In this document: positions 37,481 to 47,255 of the stretch, one piece after another
Numbering within the stretch: the stretch's first letter is position 1
Layout: each line of letters begins with the position of its first letter
Source of the DNA: Bythopirellula sp.
GTDB lineage: Bacteria; Planctomycetota; Planctomycetia; Pirellulales; Lacipirellulaceae
Length of the DNA: 64,000 nucleotides
Reading direction: 5' to 3'
Assembly (NCBI GenBank): GCA_034439695.1
Contig: JAWXAV010000047.1
Coordinates: forward strand, 248-64,247
Notes under the pieces: model-generated
Told to the model about the DNA's origin: nothing
The model's database searches: none
Seen by the model: the letters and a program-made list of their open reading frames with translations, nothing else
Translations under genes and position numbers: made by a program

Positions 37481-38284
37481 ATGTCATCCATCGACAAACT
37501 CTTCACCGAACTTCGCTCCGCCAATCGCAAGGCACTCATGCCGTTTGTGACTGCGGGCGATCCCGACCTAGAATTCACCGCTTCGGTGATTCAAGAACTC
37601 GTCGCGCGCGGGGCGTCGATGTGCGAAATCGGCATTCCCTACAGCGACCCGATTGCCGACGGCCCAGTGATCCAAGCCTCCTACACCCGCGCTTTGAACA
37701 AGAAAGTAAAACTCGCTGGCATCCTCGACATGCTGGGTAAGGTGACACCCAAAGTTTCCGCGCCGCTCGTGACCATGGTCAGCTACGCGATCATCTATCG
37801 CCATGGCGCGGAAAAGTATGCCGACGAACTTGCGGAACGTGGCATCGCCGGCATGATTGTCCCCGACCTGCCGGTGGACGAGTCCCCTGCCCTAGCGAAA
37901 ATCTGCGCGAGCCGCGATCTCAGTCTCGTGCAACTCGTCACGCCCTTAACCCCGCCAGACCGCGCCCTCCGTATCGCGGAGACCTCCAGCGGCTTCATTT
38001 ATTACGTCTCGGTGGCCGGCATCACCGGCGAACGCACGGAATTGCCACTCGACCTTTTAGAGCGCGTGAGTTGGCTCCGCTCACAGACGCCGCTTCCGGT
38101 CTGCATTGGTTTCGGCATCAGCCAACCTGAGCATGTGCGGCTATTGGCACCCGCGGCTGACGGCCTGATTGTCGGTTCCGCGATCGTCCGCCGCGTGGCC
38201 GAGGCCGAGACCAAAGGCCGTGCTGCTACCATCAAAGAGGTCGGCGACTATCTGGTCACCTTATTATCAGCGCTCGATGGCTGA
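37481..38284 (+). CDS. trpA: Tryptophan synthase alpha chain
   Basis: PFVTAGDP, EIGIPYSDPIADGPVIQ, YVSVAGITG, GFGIS, IVGSA. Confidence 0.97.
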   Translation: MSSIDKLFTELRSANRKALMPFVTAGDPDLEFTASVIQELVARGASMCEIGIPYSDPIADGPVIQASYTRALNKKVKLAGILDMLGKVTPKVSAPLVTMVSYAIIYRHGAEKYADELAERGIAGMIVPDLPVDESPALAKICASRDLSLVQLVTPLTPPDRALRIAETSSGFIYYVSVAGITGERTELPLDLLERVSWLRSQTPLPVCIGFGISQPEHVRLLAPAADGLIVGSAIVRRVAEAETKGRAATIKEVGDYLVTLLSALDG

Positions 38285-38457
38285 AAACAGTCATTCTTCA
38301 TTTACTCGACACAGAAGCCCAAAAAATTTGACCTTGCCGAAAATGGCAAGGTAAAATTAAAAGGGTTGTGGTTCATCGGTCGGCTTCCTGCATTTTGCCA
38401 TGCGAGCCGACAGGCGTGCGACGCAACCGATCCCCTCAGCTTGCCTGGAGGTTGCCT

Positions 38458-39000
38458 ATGACTGCTGGTTCCCCCCGCCCTGGCCGCAGCGAAGCTCTGC
38501 ACCGGTTCTTCGCCGGCATCACCGAGTACACCTTCACCACGCGACTCGGCGTGGCCGACCCGCCGCTGGTGGATTACCTCTCCGCCCTCTTAACCCATTT
38601 CGTGCGCACCGACGCGATCTTCGGTCTCCGCACTCCCACCGGAGAACGCTTACTCGCCGTCACCGACATGCTCCAAGAAGCCCAGCACCGCCAAGGCCCG
38701 GCGCGGCGACGTGTCCACCGTCACATCGGCGATTTCACTTTATTCTGGCTCGGCGTGTATCCCGAGACCGCCGAGAGTCGTCGCAAGCAAACCAAAGACA
38801 GCCTGATCAACTACCACGACCAGGGCAAACGCAACTATCTGCTCGCCAGCCGCCTCCCCGCCGACGAAACGTCCGCCCCCGACGACGTGCTCGAACGCTT
38901 GAGCGATTGCTTCGAGTTATGCGTCTACGGCCTGGGCGAAGTCCGCCGCCAATGGGAAGACCGCGAAGGCGAAAGCGACACGCCGATTTTGTTGGGGTGA
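38458..39000 (+). CDS. Hypothetical helical protein
   Basis: GGAGG RBS, ATG 38458; HRHIGDFTLFWLGVYPE, GKRNY, FELCVYGL. Confidence 0.8.
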   Translation: MTAGSPRPGRSEALHRFFAGITEYTFTTRLGVADPPLVDYLSALLTHFVRTDAIFGLRTPTGERLLAVTDMLQEAQHRQGPARRRVHRHIGDFTLFWLGVYPETAESRRKQTKDSLINYHDQGKRNYLLASRLPADETSAPDDVLERLSDCFELCVYGLGEVRRQWEDREGESDTPILLG

Positions 39001-39009
39001 AAATCGCCA

Positions 39010-39035
39010 TTAGCCGGACTGCAACGCAGTCCGGG
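39010..39035. repeat. TTAG-led REP-like hairpin
   Basis: ttag ccggactgc aac gcagtccgg. Confidence 0.6.
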
Positions 39036-39073
39036 AGTTCTCATGGAGTTCCAAATCGCCTGACAAACAACTC

Positions 39074-39102
39074 TTGTTCGCAATTTGCGAACATGCTATA
39101 AT
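39074..39102 (+). promoter_or_regulatory. sigma70 promoter with perfect 9-bp inverted-repeat operator (higBA)
   Basis: TTGTTC-17 nt-TATAAT; TGTTCGCAA-T-TTGCGAACA at 39075-39093; ATG lies 7 nt after the -10. Confidence 0.75.
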
Positions 39103-39109
39103 TGTTTGT

Positions 39110-39418
39110 ATGAATGTGATTAGCAGGCGAGAGATCCGCGAGGCACAAGCGCGCCATGCGATTTGTCACAACTGGCTTGAGAGATGGTTAGATACTGCAT
39201 TGAAGGCGACCTGGTCGAGTTTGTGGGATGTTCGTAAGGCCTACCCCTCAGTCGATCAAGTTGGAGGGTGTTTAGTTTTCAATGCTACGGGCGCGCGACG
39301 CCTCATTGTTGGTGTTTATTATTCAAGGCCTGGCGTTGATGGTACCGGCACTCTCTATATCAAACACTTTCTGACTCACGCTGAATATGACCGCGGCAAT
39401 TGGAAAAAGGACTGCTAA
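39110..39418 (+). CDS. higB: HigB-family toxin
   Basis: MNVISRR, W.S..DVRKAYPSVDQVG, VFN, YIKHFLTHAEYDRG.W. Confidence 0.85.
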   Translation: MNVISRREIREAQARHAICHNWLERWLDTALKATWSSLWDVRKAYPSVDQVGGCLVFNATGARRLIVGVYYSRPGVDGTGTLYIKHFLTHAEYDRGNWKKDC

Positions 39419-39419
39419 G

Positions 39420-39818
39420 ATGGGAACAACTGCCTATGCCAACCTGCTCATGGAAGCTCAGCCGCAGATTATCCACGATGAGAGAACCCATAAACGGGCT
39501 CTTGGCTGGATCGATCAGTTAATGAAGATGCGCAAACTATCCACGGCGGAACAAACACTTCTGGAACTTTTGTCGAAGCTAGTCAACGACTACGAAGAAC
39601 AGATCTTTCCCACGCCAAATCTGCCGCCTCGCGAAATACTGCAACATCTCCTAGAGAATAGCGGCATGAGTCAAGCAGAATTCGCTCGCACGATTGGCCT
39701 CCCCCGCTCCACAGTCAGCGAAGTTCTCACAGGCAAGCGGGGTCTCAGTGTGGAAAACGCTTTTCGCTTGGCGGACTTTTTTCACGTTCAGCCAACGCTG
39801 TTTTTAGAACGTCGGTAA
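39420..39818 (+). CDS. higA: HigA-family antitoxin (XRE HTH)
   Basis: PQIIHDE, LSKLVNDYEEQ, SGMSQAEFARTIG..RSTVSEVLTGKR, LADFF. Start ATG 39420. Confidence 0.85.
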   Translation: MGTTAYANLLMEAQPQIIHDERTHKRALGWIDQLMKMRKLSTAEQTLLELLSKLVNDYEEQIFPTPNLPPREILQHLLENSGMSQAEFARTIGLPRSTVSEVLTGKRGLSVENAFRLADFFHVQPTLFLERR

Positions 39819-39880
39819 ACGATCTGAATTCCTCCGCGAACATCCGCCAAATCAGTGTTCATCCGCGTTCCATTCCGCCT

Positions 39881-39934
39881 TCACGTCACCAACCCCTTCG
39901 TGACCATCATAAACACATCTTCGAACGTTGGTTT
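39881..39934 (-). pseudogene. Displaced duplicate of the last ~17 codons of the ABC ATPase gene
   Basis: Encodes KPTFEDVFMMVTKGLVT* versus EPTLEDVFMMVTKGLVT* at 40779-40832; 21 bp identical at the stop end. Confidence 0.85.
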
Positions 39935-39978
39935 TATACCGGCGGAGCTCACTCTGCAAAACGCAGATCCATCTGGGG

Positions 39979-40719
39979 CTATTTCTGCAACGGCTCTTTC
40001 TTCAGCGATTCGCGAAATCTCTCGAATTGCTCCTTCGTACTTAGATTCTCGCCGGCGAAAGGAGTGGTGCGAAAATAGCTAACGGTCCACCACCATCGGT
40101 AATAAGGCATGACGCGAACTTCGGCGGCTTGTGCATCACCAATATACAGTGCGAATGCCTTGCCATTGTGTGCCGCCAGGATGGGCGTTGTCTCATCAGC
40201 GATGCGCCTCGGAAGGTGGCCTGGGTAGAAATTGCTTGGTTTCATTAAGTACGCGATCTTGTTTTCGGCCGCCTCGCGAGCTGTCCAACCATCTATGCGA
40301 TCGGCAACTTCGATTAAGTAAAAGACACTTAGCAGACTAACACAAAGCCCCATACCCCACGCGTTGATTCGCAGGTAACGGCCTGTCACTCGGGCAGTCG
40401 CTAGCCGAGCAAGAAGCATCGCCGAGACAACCATGGCGAACATTGCAGATGTCCAGTTTGCGAACGGTACATATTTTTCACCGACGCACAGCCACAAGAA
40501 AAGTGTCCAGATTATGCGGCCGCTGAGCCACAGTGCAAGAAATGTCACTGTCGGCAAGATGAGATACCATAAGAGTCGCGCTTGCTGACGCTCGCCTTGG
40601 CGAGACCAACCGCCGAAAATCAGATAGACCGATAGGGCCAAATACAGGCCTATCAGCCCATACAGAGGAATCGCCGTATTTTCGCTGATTGCGAGCAACA
40701 GTGATGGCATCTTCGTCAC
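39979..40719 (-). CDS. Hypothetical membrane protein (about 4 N-terminal TM), cargo between the duplicated gene ends
   Basis: 246-aa ORF, visibly AT-richer than the flanking ABC genes; no family recognised. Confidence 0.65.
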   Translation of the reverse strand: MTKMPSLLLAISENTAIPLYGLIGLYLALSVYLIFGGWSRQGERQQARLLWYLILPTVTFLALWLSGRIIWTLFLWLCVGEKYVPFANWTSAMFAMVVSAMLLARLATARVTGRYLRINAWGMGLCVSLLSVFYLIEVADRIDGWTAREAAENKIAYLMKPSNFYPGHLPRRIADETTPILAAHNGKAFALYIGDAQAAEVRVMPYYRWWWTVSYFRTTPFAGENLSTKEQFERFRESLKKEPLQK

Positions 40720-40778
40720 GATCCGCCATTAAAAAGTAAACCTGTTTCAAGCACAGGGCTCGAATGTCAGTCACAGCC

Positions 40779-41705
40779 TCACGTCACCAACCCCTTCGTC
40801 ACCATCATAAACACGTCCTCCAGCGTCGGCTCTTTTTCGGCGAAGGAAATCAGCCCGCAATCGGCGGCGGCCAACTGACGCATCAAGCGCTGCACGTCGG
40901 CGTCGGAGCCTTTCATTTCCACCGTGCAACTCCGTGTGTTCACTTCAATGTGCTTCACGTTGGGATCACTCTTGACAAGTCCGACTCCCGCGTCGGGATT
41001 CCCCGTGAAGCGGATTTCGATATGCCGATTGGTCGTGATCTTGCGATAGACTTTATCAATCGGACCGTGCAGCAACAGTTGCCCCCGCTCGATAATGCCG
41101 ATGCTCGTGCAGCAATCGGCCAGCTCCGTGAGAATATGACTGGAAATGAGAATCGTCTTGCCCATCTTGCGCAGTTCTTTGAGCAAAACCTTCACTTCCA
41201 ACCGCGCGCGGGGGTCGAGCCCACTGGCCGGTTCGTCGAGAATGAGTACCGGCGGATCGTGAACCAACGTTTTCGCGAGGCACAATCGCTGCTTCATGCC
41301 GCGGGACAAACCATTCACGTAATCATCTCGCTTGTGCGTGAGGTCCAACAATTCCAGTACGTCAGTGAGCACCTGCTTCCGCCGTGCGGCGGGCACCTGG
41401 TACGCCACGGCAAAAAAATCCAAGAACTCCCACACTTTCATGCCGTCGTACACGCCGAAATTGTCGGGCATGTAGCCGATACTCCGCCGGACGGCAATCG
41501 GATCGCGCGTGACGCTGTGTCCATTCACGAGCGCCTCGCCGTGCGTCGCCTTGAGCAGCGTGGCCAGAAAGCGAATCGTCGTGCTCTTGCCGGCCCCGTT
41601 GGGCCCGATAAAGCCAAACATCTCTCCCGCGGGAATCTTGAGATTCAAATTCTGCACGGCCACAAAGTCGCCATAGTGCTTGCCAAAGTTGGTAATTTCG
41701 ATCAT
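40779..41705 (-). CDS. ABC transporter ATP-binding protein (ABC-2/DrrA type)
   Basis: GPNGAGKST, LSRGMKQR, LILDEPASGLD, ILISSH. Confidence 0.93.
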   Translation of the reverse strand: MIEITNFGKHYGDFVAVQNLNLKIPAGEMFGFIGPNGAGKSTTIRFLATLLKATHGEALVNGHSVTRDPIAVRRSIGYMPDNFGVYDGMKVWEFLDFFAVAYQVPAARRKQVLTDVLELLDLTHKRDDYVNGLSRGMKQRLCLAKTLVHDPPVLILDEPASGLDPRARLEVKVLLKELRKMGKTILISSHILTELADCCTSIGIIERGQLLLHGPIDKVYRKITTNRHIEIRFTGNPDAGVGLVKSDPNVKHIEVNTRSCTVEMKGSDADVQRLMRQLAAADCGLISFAEKEPTLEDVFMMVTKGLVT

Positions 41706-44245
41706 GGCGACTCATCGGTTTCTGTTGAGGTCACAACGTCCGCCGGACTGTTCACATCCGGCTGCCGCGTGGCCAGCGGTCCATATTCTAAGTGCGCGAT
41801 GACCACCGTCACCCCCTTGCGCTGCGAAGCCTCGGGCAGAATCTCCATCCCCGGCACTGCTTCATCGATGACGCCCACCAACCGCGTTTCCTCGCGCTCT
41901 TTGGAAAGCGGGTCATGCTTGTTCTCGAACAGAAACGCCAGTTGCAGTAGCGGATCAACGCTCATCGTCGGCACCACCCGCACTTCCGCGGCCGCTTCCC
42001 GTTCCAAGGCGAATGGCAACTTTTTCGGCTCTAAAGCGAGCGGCTTCATCCCCAACACCACTGTCCGCCCCCCTTTAAGCTCGCCCAGCCAACATCCTTC
42101 GTAGCGCGTCTTTCCCGCGGCATCGAAAGTGCGCCGCACGACGGCCACATCCCGCAACGCTAGCTGCGACCGATTCTCCACCTGCTCAAGCCCTCGCGAC
42201 GAAGTTCCCAACCGCAGCGGCCCGTCGAGTTGCAAAATCTGCTCGGCATGAATCAATCGCGTGGCCGAGGAGGCCACCGTCAGTCCATCCAAGCGCGGAG
42301 CGCTGCTTTCGTCGAACACCACCGAAGAAAGCAAGTCCGTCGGATCGGAGTCATTCGCGGGGAACGGCAACACCAGCGCCGCCTGCTCGTCGGGGAATTC
42401 AATTTCATAGGTCGTCGAAAGCGAGGAATACATGGCCGTGAATCTTGTGAGCACGCCCCTGTCGTTGGCACCCTGCAATTCCAAAATCGCCACCTCGGTC
42501 TGCGCGCGGACGAAGCCGATGTCGAGCTGCGCCTGCTTCACAATCGCCCAGGTGCCAAGAACCGCCAGGAACGGCACGGCAATCCAAGCCCATTCGACGC
42601 GGTTGATCGTGTAAAACACGAGCCAATTCACCGGCACGAGCACGAGCAAATAAAACGCCAACGTCCCCAGCACAAACCCCGCTCCCGGCACCTGCACGCC
42701 CGCCGCCACCAGCAATAACTCCCGCGCCACTTGTGCGACCGGCGAAAACTCATCCCAGCCGGCAATCCCCCCGGGTCGATCCACGCTCAGTTCCGTCGGA
42801 TCTTCCGTGACCGGGAATGGCCCCGCTGGTTGGTTCAGCGCGATGGTCGTTTGCCGTGTATTGGCCTGCGCCTGGGCATCGCGCGCGAACAGCCGCAGCG
42901 GCGTGGTGAAGTGCGCATCAAGCCGCCGCTGGTTAAAATCAACCCAATCGACCTGCGTTGCCCCAAACAGACCTGCCGAGAAAATTCGCCGTGGCCGCTG
43001 CAACAGCCCACCGTTCAAGAAGCCATCGAAGCCGGGCCAATTGATGAAATCGCGTTCCGAAAGTTGCAGCGCCGAAACCGTGATCGCGCCGCGTCCCACG
43101 TTCCTGCTGCAAAACAAGGCCTCCGCGCCAGCCACGTCCACACTCCCCGCACGCAACTTGAGTGCGATTCCCGAAAGTGGCTGGCTCGGCTTGAGCGGCG
43201 CAATCGCCGTGCCACTTTCGCGGCGACCCCAATACGCCGACAGCGGCAGGAGATCCTCGGCGGTGAACTCGCGCGGCCCACCATCCTCGGCGGGCAAAAA
43301 CGGTTCGAGAAAACTTCCCTTGAGCGACGCCAGCGAATCAGGCCCATTCACAATCAGCCGCCCACCCCAATGGAGCCAATCCAACAGCGCCTGTTGCTGG
43401 GCCACCGAAAATCGCATTGGATCAACTTCATCCCAAATGATGTACGCCACGCTCGTCCAGGTGAACGGATTCTCGGGCAACGGAACCTCGGCCCCCACCT
43501 TCGCGAGCGTCACTTGATAATGCACCCGCGAGCTTTCCGCGAATTCTTTCTCCCACGGTGCCCGCACCGTGTTGGTTACTTTGAGAAACGCATATCTCTC
43601 CGGCTCCTTGGCGAGCACCACGATGTTGTACTGATAGGCGGGGATGCGCTCGAGCTTCGGCTGATAGAGAAAAACGTCCGCTCCCGAATCGCGATCCACC
43701 AACTGCGCCCGCAGCCGCGTCGCCTCGGTTCGTTGCGGCAAAAAAAGCTCCCCCTCGATCTCGCGCTCTTTCCCTTTGACAAGCGTCACGTCGCGACTCA
43801 CGCGCAATCCAAACCGGGAATGTTCGAGCGCCACCGCCTGGCGATTGTCGTCCACCAACTCGGCCGCGAAGCGGCCGATGAAATCGTTGAAGTTGGCCTG
43901 CATCGGCTGGTAGGTCGCGGTCCAATGCCCCGGCTTCAAAGCAAGCGTCGGGCCTTCGTCCGCAACGGCATCAACCGACTCTTCCCCAAAGCGCGGTCGG
44001 AGCGGCCCAATCTCCAGCGGCGGCTTCCGCTGTTCTGCTTCCTTTTGTTGTTCAGTCTTCTCGGCAGCGGACTGCTTGTCGGTTGATGCGTCAGCCGCTT
44101 CGGATGGCTCTTGAGTTTGAGCGAAGATACCCTGGGAACTTGCTAGCAAAACGCTAGTGAAAATGATCGTAACAATCCACAAGCTCGGCCAAAGAGGGAC
44201 GTGCTGGCAAGTTGCCGGTCGAGAGTGCTGTCGTTTGATCTGCAT
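41702..44245 (-). CDS. Large exported membrane-anchored protein with class-I GATase-like domain, coupled to the ABC ATPase
   Basis: Signal peptide; YIIWDEVDP...QQQALLDWLHWGGRLIV; GRGAITV; two TM helices near aa 520-570; ATGA overlap with the ATPase gene. Confidence 0.7.
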   Translation of the reverse strand: MQIKRQHSRPATCQHVPLWPSLWIVTIIFTSVLLASSQGIFAQTQEPSEAADASTDKQSAAEKTEQQKEAEQRKPPLEIGPLRPRFGEESVDAVADEGPTLALKPGHWTATYQPMQANFNDFIGRFAAELVDDNRQAVALEHSRFGLRVSRDVTLVKGKEREIEGELFLPQRTEATRLRAQLVDRDSGADVFLYQPKLERIPAYQYNIVVLAKEPERYAFLKVTNTVRAPWEKEFAESSRVHYQVTLAKVGAEVPLPENPFTWTSVAYIIWDEVDPMRFSVAQQQALLDWLHWGGRLIVNGPDSLASLKGSFLEPFLPAEDGGPREFTAEDLLPLSAYWGRRESGTAIAPLKPSQPLSGIALKLRAGSVDVAGAEALFCSRNVGRGAITVSALQLSERDFINWPGFDGFLNGGLLQRPRRIFSAGLFGATQVDWVDFNQRRLDAHFTTPLRLFARDAQAQANTRQTTIALNQPAGPFPVTEDPTELSVDRPGGIAGWDEFSPVAQVARELLLVAAGVQVPGAGFVLGTLAFYLLVLVPVNWLVFYTINRVEWAWIAVPFLAVLGTWAIVKQAQLDIGFVRAQTEVAILELQGANDRGVLTRFTAMYSSLSTTYEIEFPDEQAALVLPFPANDSDPTDLLSSVVFDESSAPRLDGLTVASSATRLIHAEQILQLDGPLRLGTSSRGLEQVENRSQLALRDVAVVRRTFDAAGKTRYEGCWLGELKGGRTVVLGMKPLALEPKKLPFALEREAAAEVRVVPTMSVDPLLQLAFLFENKHDPLSKEREETRLVGVIDEAVPGMEILPEASQRKGVTVVIAHLEYGPLATRQPDVNSPADVVTSTETDESP

Positions 44246-44385
44246 AACACTGCCATTTTAGCCAAACTCCCCGGTTCTCGCAGCCCACTCACTGGTGACT
44301 TGTGCGTACTTTGGCATGGTGCTGACTCCAGGCGTTTGCTATTTCTCCGCTTCCTGGGAAGTCTCTTTCACGGTCATTGCCCTCA

Positions 44386-45072
44386 ATGTCGCTCATGGTT
44401 TCCGCATTTTCGCGCATCCTTGGCTCGATCACTTGTCTGGCGCTGCTGATTGCCGCGACTGGCTGTGCGAGCCTGCCGTTCCAAGACAAAGAACGCACCT
44501 CGATCATCACCCCCGCCATGCGCATCGCGGCCATCCGCGAAGCCGGCGCTCGGGCGCGGGATACCGATGCCACCGAACAGGCCCGCTCAGTCGACGAACT
44601 CGTCGCGCAAATCCGCACCGAACGCGATCCCCTCGTCCGCCGCGCGATCCAAGAATCGATGGCGGAATATCAAACTCCGCTAGCGCGCAACGTACTGATC
44701 GCGGGCCTCAAGGACGACGATCTCGACGTGAAGCTCACCTGCTGCCGCAAGCTCGGCATGCGGGGCGAACCCGAAACCGTCGCGGCCTTGCGAGGTGTGC
44801 TCGAATCGGCCGAAGAACTAGATCTGCGGTTGGCGGCCACCGATGCCCTCGGCCAGATCAACACCCCCGAAAGCATCGAAGCCCTGTCGCTTGCCGTCAA
44901 GGACCGCGACCCGGCCCTCCAATTTGCCGGCGTCGAAGCGCTCAAAGTACTCAGCGGCCAAGACCTCGGCAACGACGTGAAAGCCTGGCAGCAATTTACC
45001 GAGCAAGGCCCAGCCGTCGCGGAGCCCAAGACATCAGTCGCCGACAAAGTCCGCCAGTACTCGCCGTTTTAA
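44386..45072 (+). CDS. HEAT-repeat lipoprotein
   Basis: Lipobox LIAATGC; repeats D..VRRA, GLKDDDLDVK, LRLAATDALG, AVKDRDPALQFAG. Confidence 0.8.
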   Translation: MSLMVSAFSRILGSITCLALLIAATGCASLPFQDKERTSIITPAMRIAAIREAGARARDTDATEQARSVDELVAQIRTERDPLVRRAIQESMAEYQTPLARNVLIAGLKDDDLDVKLTCCRKLGMRGEPETVAALRGVLESAEELDLRLAATDALGQINTPESIEALSLAVKDRDPALQFAGVEALKVLSGQDLGNDVKAWQQFTEQGPAVAEPKTSVADKVRQYSPF

Positions 45073-45096
45073 TGGCACACATTTCTGCCCATCCCA

Positions 45097-45165
45097 GTCA
45101 TTCCCGCGCAGGCGGGAACCCAGACGTGTGACACTGCACTTGATTCCCGCCTGCGCGGGAATGAC
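45097..45165. repeat. dRS3-like palindrome doublet, copy 3
   Basis: gtcattcccgcgcaggcgggaa ... gattcccgcctgcgcgggaatgac. Confidence 0.88.
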
Positions 45166-45476
45166 ACTACATACCAGCAGCTAGCACCCCTCTTCATCTC
45201 TCGTTGTTTCACGCAAAATACCCACCTTCTCGCTGGGACATCTTCGCGGACATTAACACTTTTTTTGGTGTCAATTCTGACGGCCCCTGACCCGATACCA
45301 ACTCCTACGGACAGCTTCGCGCTGCCCAATATTTGAGTGCTGTGTGCCGAGTGAGTGTGTGTGGGACTTCTGGCGGAAGGCGTCACGCCAAGCACTGACG
45401 AAGATCGCACCGCGGGGATTTTGAACATCGCTTCGTTCGAGGCGACGGGTTTCGTAGATTCAGGGGGAGTGACTCG

Positions 45477-47255
45477 ATGCAACGTGGGTTGCCAGAATAC
45501 GCGCGGATTCGCAAGAATCCGTGGTTGATTCTCTTTAGTGCGGTCGTGGCTGCCAATCTGCAGTTCGCGCTCGCCCAGGATTTCTCCATCGAGAGCGATC
45601 CCTTTGACACGTCGTCGACGCTCGATTCGCATGTGCCGCGTCAAAATCTGCTGTGGCAATCGACCGTCAAAGGCTATTTGAGCGACACCGCGCGGCCCCA
45701 ACAAACCCGTGGCAAGTCGGTCACACCCACACCGACCAAGGCAGAGCCAACAAAAACTGAGCCCGTTCTGGCCGAACCCCTCAAGGTTGCCGACCGGCCT
45801 CAATCTTCCTTGGCCAGTCCCAGTGCCAACAAATCGCCTTCGCCGTTCAGCAAGTGGATTTCTCCACGCTCCTCGACGAATCGCCCTCCCGCGATTCCCT
45901 CCACCGAGATTACACCCACGCCCCAAAGTCCGTCCACTGTGACGGACGAGCCTGAAGCTATTCAGGAAGAAGTCACCGATCAAGAGCCTGGTCGGCTGGA
46001 GGTTCTCAATCCTCCCGTTGTGCCTGAAGTGGCCCGCCGCACGGTTCCTTCACGCCAACCCCTGCGCACACCTAGCCGACGCATCGGCGAAGTGCTCGAC
46101 CAGCAACGCATGCCCACCGATAGCGAGATCGCCGAGGAAGAACTCAACGCCACCCCGCTCAACAACTATCCGGAACCAAAATCCGCGCCCGATGAAAGCA
46201 CGCTCCAGACGATCCCCGTCGAATTGCCGCCGCTCTCACGCAATCAAAAGGCTTTGCGGGAACACGTCCGCCGCGTTTTGCGCTATTACTACGACCGACC
46301 GCTCAACACCCGCGATCGTAGCCCCTGGGAAGTGATGCACTGTGCGCTCTCCTACGAAGTTCACAGCCGCATCCTGCAAGGCGGGCCGCAAGGGAAACCC
46401 GTTTCAGCCGTCGGTTGGCTCTGCTTCAATCAATCGTGCCGACGCATGAACCTGATGTACGTCGATGACGAAGGGGAAATGAACGTCCGCGTCGGACCCG
46501 CTTTGCAAGGCCATCGCGGCCAATTGCTGGCGATCCTCGCCCAAGCCAAGGTCAGCAGCGAATATCCGATGCTCATCGATGGTCACGAGTTCAAGATCAA
46601 GGATCTCATCAAATCCGAGATGGAAACCTGTTACCCGCGGACCGAGCTCACTTTCAAGCTGATTGGCCTGATGCACTATCTCGACACCGAAACCCAATGG
46701 GTCAACGATCAGGGAATGCAATGGAACATGCGTAAGCTGGTCTCGGAAGAGCTGAAGCAGCCCATTCGCGGGGCCGCCTGCGGTGGCACGCATCGGCTCT
46801 CCGGACTCACGCTGGCTTACAAGACTCGCCAAGCGCGGGGCGAATCGGTCGACCGTGAATACGCCCAAGCCCAGCGCTTTGTCGCTCAACACCAACTTTA
46901 CACCTTCCGCACACAGAACCCCGACGGCAGCTTCAGCACCAACTGGTTCCAAGGCCGCGAAGACGAACCCGACATCGACCGCAAGCTCAAGACCACCGGC
47001 CACATGCTGGAATGGCTGCTCTACTCGTCGACCGACCGCGAGCTTAAGAGCCCCCGGACCACCAAGGCTGTCTATTTCTTGACGAATCTGATGTACCAAA
47101 ATCGCTATCGTGATTGGGAAGCGGGGCCTTTGGGACATGCCATTCATGCCTTGGTCGTGTACGACCGGCTGATGTTTTCCAAGTATGACGCCCCCGGCGA
47201 CATGCCGATGGCGATTCGCGACACCACCCTCACCGGTGCGCGGGGTAACCGTTGA
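45477..47255 (+). CDS. Exported hypothetical protein: Pro/Ser/Thr-rich linker plus His-rich C-terminal domain
   Basis: Signal peptide; SPWEVMH, GHRGQLLA, ACGGTHRL, TGHMLEWL, GPLGHAIHAL. Confidence 0.75.
   Translation: MQRGLPEYARIRKNPWLILFSAVVAANLQFALAQDFSIESDPFDTSSTLDSHVPRQNLLWQSTVKGYLSDTARPQQTRGKSVTPTPTKAEPTKTEPVLAEPLKVADRPQSSLASPSANKSPSPFSKWISPRSSTNRPPAIPSTEITPTPQSPSTVTDEPEAIQEEVTDQEPGRLEVLNPPVVPEVARRTVPSRQPLRTPSRRIGEVLDQQRMPTDSEIAEEELNATPLNNYPEPKSAPDESTLQTIPVELPPLSRNQKALREHVRRVLRYYYDRPLNTRDRSPWEVMHCALSYEVHSRILQGGPQGKPVSAVGWLCFNQSCRRMNLMYVDDEGEMNVRVGPALQGHRGQLLAILAQAKVSSEYPMLIDGHEFKIKDLIKSEMETCYPRTELTFKLIGLMHYLDTETQWVNDQGMQWNMRKLVSEELKQPIRGAACGGTHRLSGLTLAYKTRQARGESVDREYAQAQRFVAQHQLYTFRTQNPDGSFSTNWFQGREDEPDIDRKLKTTGHMLEWLLYSSTDRELKSPRTTKAVYFLTNLMYQNRYRDWEAGPLGHAIHALVVYDRLMFSKYDAPGDMPMAIRDTTLTGARGNR

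Noticed and set aside
39881-40078. Open frame extending upstream of the duplicated ABC 3' end as an independent small gene
   Set aside because: No ATG start or RBS; it overlaps the cargo ORF in another frame, and similarity stops after about 18 codons.
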